A DNA stretch of 64,000 bases from Catajapyx aquilonaris (Eukaryota), in assembly GCA_000934665.2 (NCBI GenBank), contig JYFJ02001418.1:1-64000 (forward strand), read 5' to 3'. The notes below the pieces were generated by a model. The model saw only the letters and a list, made by a program, of their open reading frames with translations. It was not told where the DNA came from and searched no databases. Numbering within the stretch: position 1 is the stretch's first letter; each line of letters begins with the position of its first letter. The position numbers and the translations under genes were made by a program. Below are positions 26,001-37,378 of this stretch, piece by piece.

Positions 26001-26733
26001 CTGTGTTTTTCAGCTGCTGGTTGAGCAGAGAAACAGGGCTAATATTTGCCTTCATTGGGCCGCTGGGAATCATCTTGTGTGTATGTAATGGTTAATATGA
26101 ATGTGACAATATGCATTTTACACTAATGTTGGTTTCTTTCAGGTAAATGCAGTAATATTGACTGCAGCACTGGTGAAAGTGAGAAGGGCTGCAAAGCAAA
26201 GAGCTCAACATGCGAGGAATCAACAAAGAACAAACTCTTGGCTACGAGGCTGTGTATCACTTGTGATCATATTAGGACTCACTTGGGTTGCAGGCTTTTT
26301 CTTATTTGCACAAGGTATAGGTTATATGTTGCGAAACTAATGATCAATACACTATGTGCAAAGTGTTAGTATGCTCTATATACTGTGTGCAGTATGGTGC
26401 ATTTGCCATGATTAACCACGTAAATTATTTCAGACAATCAAGATGCAGCTGCTGCAATGGTAATAATCTTCGTGACATGCAACTCCTTGCAAGGAGTATT
26501 CATCTTCGTTTTTCACTGTCTGCTTCAAAACGACGTGAGAACTGCAGCAGTTAAAAAGATGCAACATATCTGCAAGCGATCTTACGCCTTGAACCAGGTA
26601 AGTAACTTAAAACATAACCAAAAAATGGTATTGACATTAATAATTTTCCATCATTTATCCCCAGGAAAGTGGAACATCCGGAATCGCAATGACCCGCACT
26701 ACAAAAATATCTCATGTGTCAAGCCATTCTTAA
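23055..26733 (+). CDS. Latrophilin/Cirl-like adhesion GPCR, copy 5 (multi-exon, apparently intact, no propeptide)
   Basis: Signal exon MLYLALLLITTLSYSE is spliced directly to the SUEL-like exon. Lectin/HormR exon ~23575-24265, GPS CICNHL/TNLA, full 7TM. The last exon ESGTSGIAMTRTTKISHVSSHS ends at TAA 26731-26733. Confidence 0.85.
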
Positions 26734-27760
26734 AAAATGCATATTTCCAAACTAATTACCAATAAGTGTGTGGCCAACATTTAACTGCCAATCATCCTGT
26801 AAATAAGTGGAGCAATAAATACATTTTTCGCATGCGAAACTGTGTCGTGCTCTTATTACAAAACAAAGGGAATCCATTTGCGTGACTGGATATTCTTCAT
26901 TTTCGGTGTCTCATAAAAACGTTATAGTGTTTAATTATTTAAGAGATAACGAAGCTACATCGGTCATTGAGTGTTGGAACAAAATATCCATCAATTTATC
27001 TTCCGCAATCAATCATTTGCTGGGAGAAAAAAAAATGGTGCCAAACAAATCGTGCAGACACGAAACAACCATTTCTCACAATTAACTAAGATGATAATTA
27101 TGCCACCCAATGTCATATCCATGTAAATTAGCATTTACATAACATATACACCATGTCGTGAGCATAAGTTAAACCAATATTTTAAGCAGGTTTTTGCCAT
27201 CGATTATCTTGGTAGTTTATTGGTCTCAGTGGGGGCGTTACACGCGTGTATATCGACTGTACTGTATGATCTGTACAGGTGTTGAAGGAATCATTAGATG
27301 ACCTTGACAGTGTCCCAGGTCAATTTAGCAATAATTCTCCAGTTACCTTGTATATCTTAACAATGATGGTTGGTTCTACTACTGGTCCATGAATTTTTCA
27401 GGCGCTAATGAATGGGAACGGAGAACAAAATAATTAATGTACGTCCCATTTTGGCGTCATATGACATGTCTCTCGGGACAATATTTTCGAGCAGTACATT
27501 TCTTCCTCTTGCAGAACACACATTATGGTGTAATTCATGGTGACAAATTATTATCGTCAATAATTGTGGCGACAGGTAAGTGAATTTAATTAGCTAATGA
27601 GATCATAATTGTGGTGCGAACAAGATTGTTCTATAAAATCATGAGACACTTCATGAGAGCTCAATATTTTACAAGTAAATTACTAGTAATGTAAATAATA
27701 TTTTCTTTCCAGTGTATGTGGAACAAATGTTGGGATATTAGTGGTTATTAATTATGTAAA

Positions 27761-29804
27761 ATGAGAGCAATGAGAGGCCTTCTACTTACATATTTCTCTG
27801 TCATATTGACGGTACTTCAAGCTGACTTATTACCCAAGCTTAACTTGCATACGTTGTCGCTTCTGATTAATGAGACACACGGTACCGAAGCTGCAAACTG
27901 TGCTGTGGTTGTGACAACAGACATGTCGCACATACCACCGCAGGTACATCTCCTTTTGTCTCAAGTGTCCAGTAGGTACGTACCATCGATGCTTATCAAG
28001 ATGAACAAGTTCACATTCGATTATCGGAAGTACCACGGACTAGTGTCGGAACACCAGCTGTTTTCATTCAACACAATGCCTCCGGACCTTAAATCCACGT
28101 TGTCGCCAGGTACCTGCACTTTCGTTGTAATCGCTGCATCATCTCCGGACAAACTGAAGGAACTTGTTGTACACCTTGTGTCACGTGTCAAAGTTCGGAA
28201 TGTGCACGACAAGTTCTTCGTATGGACATCCGGTACACCTACAACGGTACTTCAGCATCCTCCGTTCGACGGCATCAGATTCAAGCTTCTGGCAACAACC
28301 ACCAACAATGCGGTTCATCTATCTAATGCCGTACTTACACTCGGTACGTACCCCAACAATGCATTACCACCATTGTATCCGGACATGTACAGATCACTAA
28401 CCGGACAGCACATCCGGATGGTCACATTCGAGGACATACCGGACATTAACGCTGCACGCGAAGTCAAACGGAAGTACGGACACTCGTACATTACAACAGG
28501 ACAGAACGTTGCTTTGTACTTCGAAGAACTGTTAAATGTACGTGTCAGTTTGCACAATGCCCAACTGGACGGTGAAGACCTCGAGAGACGACTGGACAAC
28601 GGATCGTGGACCGGTACACTCAGCAGCATCCTCTCAGGACATGCACAGTTCTCCTTATTCTCATTCTTTACTGACCAGTCGATGAAGTACGTGGACTTTG
28701 CATACCCTGCTGTGTATTTGCACTTTTTGTTTGTAACACGCGCAAGTAGATCGGTACTTACATGGCAAGTGATGGTGTATCCGTATGACCTGGTGACCTG
28801 GTGTGTGATTTTAACATCGGTAGTGACCGCCGCGTTGGTCATACATGCTATTCAGAGGTTGCATGGTGTACGGTCTATGCGCAGTAACAGTGCGCAGCCC
28901 ATGCGCAGTGATCGTGCGCGGTACATCCACGGTATCAATCTGATGCTTCGGATGCTAGTGGAACAACCGATGTCTTCGATCGAGCTGCCATCGCTTCGTT
29001 GTTGTGTCTCGTTTCTATGGACCTTCGCACTTGTTGTGTCCTGTGGGTACAAGTCTAAGCTGACCTCCTTTCTGACCTCGCCCTCTAAGGAGGTCATGCC
29101 AGACACCTTGGCTGACCTGGCACAATCCGGGTTCACATGGGGCATGCCGCCTGTCTCATACTTCCTATTGCAAATGGCCATCAGGAACTCGACATCAGGA
29201 CTGTTCAGACTCATTGGCCTCAAGTCTGAACTCCTAGGCACATCCGACGCATGCTTTCAGGTAAAAAGCCCAACCGAGTGCGCACCACAGTTCGCGCAAC
29301 TGGCAGGGTTGGAATTAATAAACTAAAACTTTTTGCCTCTTACAGGCAGCTCTTGACCACGACTTTTCCTGCATCCTCCTGAACATTGTTGCAGACAAGG
29401 AGAGGAAGATGTTCGTCACAGATTATGGACGTCCACTTCACACTTACTCGGCTGCAACTTTCTTCCATACTTACTACTCAGTGGCTGTCGGAAAAGGTCT
29501 TCCTTATTCCGACACAATGATCAGAGGGTACAAGACCTGCTTCGAGTCTGGAATACTCCACAAGTGGTTCGAGTGCGACAACTTCAGACACCAGCTGCAT
29601 AAGAGGACAATAATGGATGACAAATCGTCAGAAGACAATAAGGGAACAGACAACCAAATTTTAGTTGTGACGGTCATTTTATGGGGTGCTGGAATACTGA
29701 TGTCGTGCTGCACTTTTTTGTTAGAGTTGTGTATAAATAGGATGGATAACTTCGTAGTGAGACGTACCAGTAGGCCAACACATGTGTCGCAATTCTTATT
29801 ATAA
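27761..29804 (+). CDS. Divergent ionotropic receptor (IR), two coding exons (intron 29261-29345)
   Basis: Signal peptide, S1 LDNGSWTGTLSSIL...VDFAYP, M1 YPYDLVTWCVIL, pore MLVEQP, M2 CGYKSKLTSFLTSP. A phase-0 GT-AG intron joins ORF 27761 to the ORF 29409 frame, which carries FESGILHKW and the last TM. Confidence 0.88.
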
Positions 29805-29870
29805 AATGTCACCTTCAGGCTTCCAATTTAATAAAAAAAATGACAACAATGCAACCACTCAGAGGCCAAT

Positions 29871-29941
29871 AAACCGATTGCGCACCCACATTCACGCAGC
29901 CAGCCGTGCGAGCTGCGCGAATGTGGGTGCGCACTCGGTTT
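29871..29941. repeat. Near-perfect 30-bp inverted repeat with an 11-nt loop
   Basis: AAACCGATTGCGCACCCACATTCACGCAGC (29871-29900) is the reverse complement of GCTGCGCGAATGTGGGTGCGCACTCGGTTT (29912-29941), with 2 mismatches. Confidence 0.9.
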
Positions 29942-30150
29942 CGTTCCTTAAAAATTCATGTAAGTGTGCTGAACACACACAAAAATGACCAGTGATGTAA
30001 TAAAACTACAACATTCACAGTTTTTGTACCATCTTTTAAATTGTTCACATTAATTTAGCACAAGATCTTCTTTTTTTTAAAAAAAAAAATCTTCAATTTG
30101 GATAAATCTCACGTTAAAAATTTGTTTGACAAGTCTCCATCTTTCCAGGT

Positions 30151-31130
30151 TCATTTTTCCGACAGTATGTCGTCCAGGCGGTTTTTCTCTGCAGTGGTCA
30201 TCTTGACTTCCGGGAGATCCTATAAAATATGAATAATATTAATAATTGAGTCTATAAGTGAGCCTATCTGAGCATATTATACCTTAGCACGTTCACATTT
30301 GGTACAGTCTAGGAGCATCCACCTGATATAGGTGGCCTCTAGTGCAGACCTCTGCATGGACATCACGAATTCTATGTCCTTCAGGACCTCTCGGCGGTAT
30401 CTGCCTACGTCGTACGGGTCACCTGGTATGGGCATCTGAGGCGGTTTCATCGGAGCAGAGCCACATTTTGACACTGGAGTTCTATAAAAAAAAATAATTA
30501 AGGAAATCAATCGATCGATGGATCGATGGATCAATCAATATAATACCTAGACCGACTGCCACTGCCACCAGAGCCTGAACTACTTTTTGACTTGTCCACT
30601 CCCTTCTTCGCATCACTGATCTTCTTATCACTGCTCTTCATATCACTGCTCTTCGTATCATTGATCTTCATGTCACTCTTCTTCACATCACTACTGCTCT
30701 TCACATCACTACTGCTCTTCACATCACTACTGCTCTTCACATCACTGCTCTTCACATCACTACTCCTCTTCACATCACTACTGCTCTTCACATCACTGCT
30801 TTTCTTCACATCACTGCTTTTCTTCACATCACTACTCCTCTTCACATCACTACTGCTCTTCACATCACTACTGCTCTTCACATCACTACTGCTCTTCACA
30901 TCACTGCTCTTCTTCACATCACTGCTCTTCTTCACATCACCACTGCTTTTCTTCGTGTCCTTGTCCCTCTCTTGCGTTGTGCTGCTCTTCTTCTTCCTGT
31001 CCACTTTAGGGTCTGGCGTGATCCTCCCACGGGGTTTGACCACGTCTCCTTCTTCTTGGATGACGTTCAGCTTGTTGGGGGGACGCCAGGCAGCAGATTT
31101 TATGGACATTGTTGAACCACCCTCTGCCAT
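30151..31130 (-). CDS. Uncharacterised Lys/Ser/Asp-repeat protein, 3 exons (31130-30547, 30481-30283, 30219-30151)
   Basis: ATG 31130 MAEGGSTMSIK, then (K/S)SSDVK repeats. GT-AG introns with compatible phases lead to RTPVSKCGSAPMKPP...CTKCERAK-DLPEVKMTTAEKNRLDDILSEK*. No recognisable homologue. Confidence 0.65.
30620..30950 (-). repeat. Coding 18-bp minisatellite (plus-strand unit CTTCACATCACTACTGCT)
   Basis: Tandem units are directly visible and encode SSDVK(K/S/R) on the minus strand. Confidence 0.95.
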
Positions 31131-31260
31131 CGTGGTCGGTGAGCAGAGGAACTCTCTCTCTCTCTCTATATGCAGTGAAGGGGGTGGAAAGTATAAATAT
31201 ATCGACCTGGAAGTTGGAACCAATATGTGGAGTGTGCTGTTTATCTTGAGGGGACGACGA

Positions 31261-31274
31261 GTTGCCTTGGTTAC
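31261..31274. promoter_or_regulatory. RFX X-box candidate upstream of the orphan repeat gene
   Basis: GTTGCCTTGGTTAC closely matches the X-box palindrome GTTGCCATGGCAAC and lies ~130 bp upstream of ATG 31130. Confidence 0.55.
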
Positions 31275-31710
31275 GTGCATGGACGGTCAACAACCACTGT
31301 TTCAATCAAGATGCCAATAATTAGGAAATATATAGCCATATGACTGTAGAACTTTCAGTGTTTTATTTTGTCCCTTTTCGAAAGTCCCTTTCATCTGGCG
31401 AATATCCGATGATAATCAAAAATCTTAAAAATAAAAATTGACTCCCAAATTTTTTAATATTTTTATCATCAATCGACCTATTATACGATTTATTTTGAAT
31501 GCCAAGTTAATTTATTGCCAACAAACGAGCACAGTCTCACGCAATAAATGCATCATTTCTAAAACACCCTGTAGTTTTTTTTTGCAAACACGCGTCGCAG
31601 ATACAAGCAAATAAAGCAAGCAAGAAAACAATCCAACAAAGACACTAACTATAACTAAGCTAACTAACTCACTAGCTAGCTAAGAGACAAACAAGCTAGC
31701 TAACTATATG

Positions 31711-32094
31711 CAGGGTGGTCCAACTTCAAGTGTCGTTTTATAACGGCGATTAATAGCAGTGATTTTGCGATGACGTAGCAGCGACGTGTAAAATGTCCCA
31801 CTTCGGCGCCATCGAAAATATTCGCTGCCAATAGCAGCACACATGTAATCAACCCTGCTTCTGGGTTGACCTGGAAAAAAGTAGGTGCACACATGACCTG
31901 CGATGCGCCTGGGTGAAATGGGTGACGCCCAAGGCACCAGATGGACCATGGACCTGTAATGCAAGGGGGAAGCCTGCAAACGAAACACAGCTAATATTTT
32001 CGATGGCGCCATTTTACACGTCGCTGCTACGATAATCGTAAAGCGCTTCTATTAATAGCCGTTATAAAACGACACTTGAAGTTGGACCACCCAG
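31711..32094. mobile_element. MITE with Tc1/mariner-like termini
   Basis: Left end CAGGGTGGTCCAACTTCAAGTGTCGTTTTATAACGGC; right end GCCGTTATAAAACGACACTTGAAGTTGGACCACCCAG followed by TA. The imperfect inverted repeat continues inward for ~120 bp. The left flank is TG rather than TA. Confidence 0.8.
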
Positions 32095-32099
32095 TATAA

Positions 32100-32760
32100 T
32101 AAGCCTACTAACTAACTCTAGCTAATTATAACTAACGAACAAAGAGAGGAAGAGACAAACTAACATAACTGGACTAAAGAGACAAAAAGACAAACTATAG
32201 CTAGCTAACTAACTCTCTGATTAACTAACTATCTGACTGACAGACTAAGCAACATACAGACAAACTAGCTAGTTAACTAACTATAACTATCTGATTAACT
32301 AACTATTTGACTGACAGACTAAGAAACAAACAATAACTATAACTAACTAACTATATATTAATATCTGATTAACTAACTGACTGTCTGACTGTAAGAGACA
32401 AAAAGACAAACTAGCTAGCTAGCTAACTCACTATACATATTAATATCTGATTAACTAACTGACTGACTGATTGTAAGAGACAAAAAGACAAACTATAGCT
32501 AGCTAAGCTAACTATAACTAATAACTATCTGATTAACTGACTGACATGACTGACTAAGAGACAACCTAGCTAACTACCTCACTACCTTTCTAACTAACTA
32601 ACTATAATTATATCTAACTAGCTAATAACTAACTAACTATATCCAAGAGCTCTCTTGCTATATCTAACTAACTAACTATAACTATCTGATAAACTAACTA
32701 TCTGACTAACAGACTAAGAAACAAACTAGCTCGCATACTGTTATTAGCTAACGAACAAAG
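32100..32760. repeat. (TAAC/CTAG/GACT)-rich simple-sequence tract with longer repeated units; also present at 31640-31708, left of the MITE
   Basis: Repeated blocks such as AAGAGACAAAAAGACAAACTATAGCTAGCTAAC and ATCTGATTAACTAACT. Confidence 0.9.
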
Positions 32761-33154
32761 AGAGAGACAGGCAAACAAATTAAAAAAAAAAAAAAAACAC
32801 TTTTAATAACTTTGCTTATTACAGAGACCCATATGTATATGGGGAGTGCAGATTCGAACAAGGTCAAAATCGGCCCGGATATGTACATTAGGCAACAGTG
32901 AAATTACATGCAATTAGTCTAATAATCAGCAATTACAAAGTGTATACAGTACCGTATCGAACAACTGCGCCTGCAAGCTTCCCTAAAAAAAACACGCATG
33001 CGCCGATCGCCATCTTGGATTCCAATTGGTTCGCACTCGTCCAATCAGCAACGCCTTTCCAATCGATACCGAACACCCCCTCCGCAGTGACGATCCCGGA
33101 TAAAATCGACTCGATGGTATCGGGCGTGTCATTAAGTGTTCGATTGTTTGTCGC

Positions 33155-33168
33155 GTAACCCAGGCGAC
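33155..33168. promoter_or_regulatory. RFX X-box candidate upstream of CFAP20
   Basis: GTAACCCAGGCGAC (reverse complement GTCGCCTGGGTTAC) lies ~180 bp upstream of the CFAP20 ATG, where an X-box is expected for a core ciliary gene. Confidence 0.5.
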
Positions 33169-33345
33169 CGGGTTTCATTGTGCGGCCGAATGTTAAGCCG
33201 GATTATTATTATTCGTGGAGCTGTGTCCGCGGTGTCCAGGGCCGAACGTCGTCGCACCTGAGCATCCTGTCCTCTTAGGGCGGAAAAAAAGAAAGACTTT
33301 TCAACAACCCCCCCAACCACACACACAGAAAGAAAAGAAAGAAGG

Positions 33346-34051
33346 ATGTTCAAGAACACCTTCCAGAGCGGGTTCCTCTCCATCCTCTACAGCCTGGGAA
33401 GCAAGCCCCTGCAGATCTGGGACAAGAAGGTAACACCGCCCCCACGCTAATTACATATCAAAATTAACGAGACACGATTTCAGGTGCGCAATGGGCACAT
33501 CAAGCGCATAACGGACAACGACATCCAGTCCCTGGTGCTTGAGGTGGTCGGAACAAACGTCTCGACCACCTTCATCACCTGCCCTGCTGACCCGCAGAAG
33601 ACCCTAGGGATCAAGCTGCCCTTCCTGGTCATGATTATAAAGAACCTCAAAAAGTACTTCACGTTTGAAGTGCAGGTGAAGTCACCGTGGCAATCAAACA
33701 ACAAATGTTTTTTTTTTATTAATCATTTTTCAATCCGGATTTCAGGTGTTGGATGACAAGAACGTGCGCAGGCGCTTCCGTGCTTCTAACTACCAGTCGA
33801 CTACCCGAGTGAAGCCGTTCATCTGCACCATGCCGATGCGCCTGGACGACGGCTGGAACCAGATCCAGTTCAACCTGGCTGACTTCACCCGTCGGGCGTA
33901 CGGGACCAACTACATCGAGACCCTGCGAGTGCAGATACATGCCAACTGCCGGATCCGCAGGGTGTACTTCTCGGACAGGCTGTACTCGGAGGACGAGCTG
34001 CCAGCCGAGTTCAAGCTGTACCTGCCCGTCCAGAACAAGCCCGGAAAGTAG
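33346..34051 (+). CDS. CFAP20: Cilia- and flagella-associated protein 20 (Bug22); exons 33346-33429, 33484-33675, 33746-34051; 193 aa
   Basis: [44 protein letters not shown]...[36 protein letters not shown]...[15 protein letters not shown] is the near-invariant CFAP20 sequence. Confidence 0.98.
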
Positions 34052-37000
34052 ATCTCTCCGGGATACATGGGAGGTCGACACTACAGACGACGCAAACTTA
34101 ATGCACAACATACCCTCTCACTGGATTTTAAAACAAAAAAAAACAACCAAAAAATGGCACATCAAATTTGTTTCGTGCTTGTGTATTTATACCGGAATTC
34201 TTTTTCTTCAACTGGACGTACTCCCAACATCCTCTTTGAAAAAAAAAAAAAAAAAAGAGGGGGCGCCTTTTTGCGGCGTACCCCCACCCCCCCTTTTTTT
34301 TTCTTTTAGAATAAAGGCAAGTTGCGTGCTATTAAAAAAAGAGTGCCTTAAATTTTCACAGGTTGATCTCATTGTCCACCGAATGTGCAACAAAAAAAAA
34401 AAAACAGTGTAGATTTGTATGGACAATAACATCGTTTTGTCGCAATTAGACTTTTTCTTGTACCTAAAACCAATCCTATTCACTAATTTGTTAAGATTGG
34501 GAAGGAGCTATGGCTATCTGAAGATGGTACGCGAATCGGCAATTGTGCGAACGAACATTGTGGCGTTGGCAAGCTCATTTGCTCATTAATAGTGCCGAAG
34601 AACATTATTGTGGCTTTGGCAAGCTCATTAATAGTCCCAACGAACGTCATTGTAATAGGCAAAAGCTACGATAATAGGCAAAAGCGAGCTGGGGTGCTTC
34701 TCCGGGAGAGGACAAAGTGAAAGAGTCAAACGTCAGAACAGTCATTTTATTTGACTTGTTGTTCAATAAACAAAAAAAAAAAAAATCCAATTCTTGTACG
34801 ATATAAATGTCACATTGGGGGATGGGGGGCGTGGGGGGGAATGGGGAGGGGGGATTACAATAACTGGCGATAAAAGTGGGAACGGAAAAAAAAAAAAACA
34901 TACATTTTAATTGCAGACTTCAACTACATTATTATTTCAAACAGCCAAATCAAAGGAGAACAAATAACAAATGATGAAGTGACCATTTGAAATGCTTGGA
35001 AAAAACGCTGTTATTATGAATTTTTTTTTTACGGTTCTTAAATCCCTCGCCTTCACTTCAGGTTTTAAAAATTCTCTTTCAACATTTTTTTATTCGCGAC
35101 GCTGGATGTGCACGCCTTCTCTTTTTTTTTTGCAAAATTCATCCGCGTTATACTTTCTTTTTATTTATTTTTTAAATACTTTGCATATAAGTCTCCCGGT
35201 CTCGAAATTTTTCATTTAACGCACTGCTGTGTCTACTTTTCATAAAGAAAATTTTTCTCCCTGGGCCACACAACAACAACAACGGGGGGAAAAAAAACCG
35301 AACAAAGACATACATGACAAGCAAATAACATACTCCGCATTTTCTTTTTTCTTCTTCTTCTTCACATAATCGGGGGGGTTTTCTCGTGTACGTGTGTGAC
35401 GAGGAGACTTAGACGCAGCCCATCATACGTACACGCATACGAACACACATGCATTCGAAAAAGGATTTTTTTCAGGGGAAGGAAAATTGGCAGGGGTTTA
35501 TAAAAATTTGAGGGGTTTTTTTTTAATGAGGTCACAGCTCAAAGTACTCAATTTTTTTTTCTCTTTTTTGCACATGCAATAAAGAAACTGAACACTCCAT
35601 TGCCACTTGCATAAAATATCGGTGAGTGTGTGTAGAGGAAGAAACTAACATTTTTTTAATATTTTTCCCACAACATTTGATCAGTACGAGTGAAGGTTTA
35701 AAAAAAAAAAGTGGTCAAATGGTATGGAAACGGGGGGAAAAAAAAGCGGCCGCCTTTTTAAATATAATTAGTCGCTATCTCGCAACAGTTACGGATATTT
35801 ATCTCGGCAATGTTTCTCGGTCGATTCAAGTACCTGCGGAGATACTAAAGCCAGACTTCCGAAAACACTTGACATTGCACGAAAAGGATTCGTTAAAACA
35901 TTCCCAAAGAAAAAGACTGTGACCTCGATTGACACTTTTAAAATAAAAGACGTTAAGGGGGGGGTGACCTCTAAGTTTTATCGACTTCCTAAACTTTTAC
36001 ACAGCAATTCGGAAGGGGGGGAAGATTAAGTTTACAAGTCGTATGCTCTGCCGGGGCAACAATGAAACGGGGTGGGATGAGAAGGGGGGGAAAAAATGAA
36101 TCGCACCCCATGTTCGTTGCCAGGTAAAACATATGGGAGCTCACCTCCCGCTTAAAAAGCTGCCGTTACGCTAATTATCTCGTGTGAAGTACACTTTTTT
36201 TAAAAAAAAACATTACTTGCTGATTACATCAGTCGACACAATATTGGTGTAACGGCAGATTAACTGTCCCGAGTCGCGATTTTTTTTAAAACAAAATTCC
36301 CACTCCTACACACACACACACTTGTGCACTTCATGTAGTGTACACTCATTCACATACGGGGCACACACACACTTGACATTTAGTGTGGCGGACATGCATT
36401 AGACAAAATTTTAAAAATCGGTTGCGTTTAAAAAAAAAATCTTGTCCAGGATGCCTCGTTTTTTTTCTTCTTCTTCAATAATTTGCATATTTTAATTTTG
36501 TCTCGTGCATGCCGCTACACGGTTTTTTTTATAAACAATTTTTATTTTTAAAAAAATTGCGGCTAACACTTGCAAATCGGCCCCCATCGTGCATTTTGGA
36601 TGCGTTGCGGGGGGGCAGTTTTAAAAAGACATGGAGGAAAAATTGACAGGGAAAACGGAAACGGAAAAATAATAAAAAAAACGGATTTGGCTTATTACCA
36701 GATACAAGAGGTTACCAGATAAAACACAGTTAAAGAGAAGTACGTGTACTATGTATATTATATATTTTTTATGCATTTTTTTTCTCTCTCTCATTTGTCT
36801 AATCATGCGTGTGCCACAATAAAAAAGGCAGCATACACTACAGGCCACAAAAAAAACGCATTTTTTTTTCATTCTCAACACATTACCATTCCAGACGGGG
36901 AACCCTTTCAAAGAAAAAAAAAATAGTCCATGACAGTTTCCGAAGCTGTCGAGAAACTGTCATGGAAGTTGACACTACAATTGGTATTTTAAAAAATGGC

Positions 37001-37378
37001 TAACGAAAAAACAACATGTAATCATCAAAAGGGATTCCCTCTGGTTGTCATTAAATTAAATAAATTACAAGGGTTTTTAAATGGGGGGGGGCGGGAGGAA
37101 AAAGGGGATCTAAGGGAAGGGAAAAAAGGGTGAAAAATTTTACTTGCTGCTTGCCATCCATTGTCAATTCTGTGTGTAAAAAAAAAAAGATGAAAAGGCG
37201 GCTCCCAAAAAGCGCAACCACATAATTCTATGCCACGCCGAATATTTCGATACGCCAAGCAATGCCACTGTACGTAACAACTGAAATTGTTTGCAGTGGC
37301 ATTGCTTTGCTTCGGGGGGCCAATAGGCGATGGCATAGAAAAAAGTGGCACGTTTGTTAGTCGAAGCCTCCTTTTTTT

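Noticed and set aside
30592..31320. 242-aa hydrophobic LLFTS-repeat ORF on the plus strand
   Set aside because: It is the antisense shadow of the 18-bp repeat. The minus strand has the ATG and phase-compatible splice sites.
34060..37370. Short ORFs between CFAP20 and staufen
   Set aside because: The sequence is homopolymer-rich with no coding signal. It is best explained as convergent 3' UTRs and intergenic DNA.
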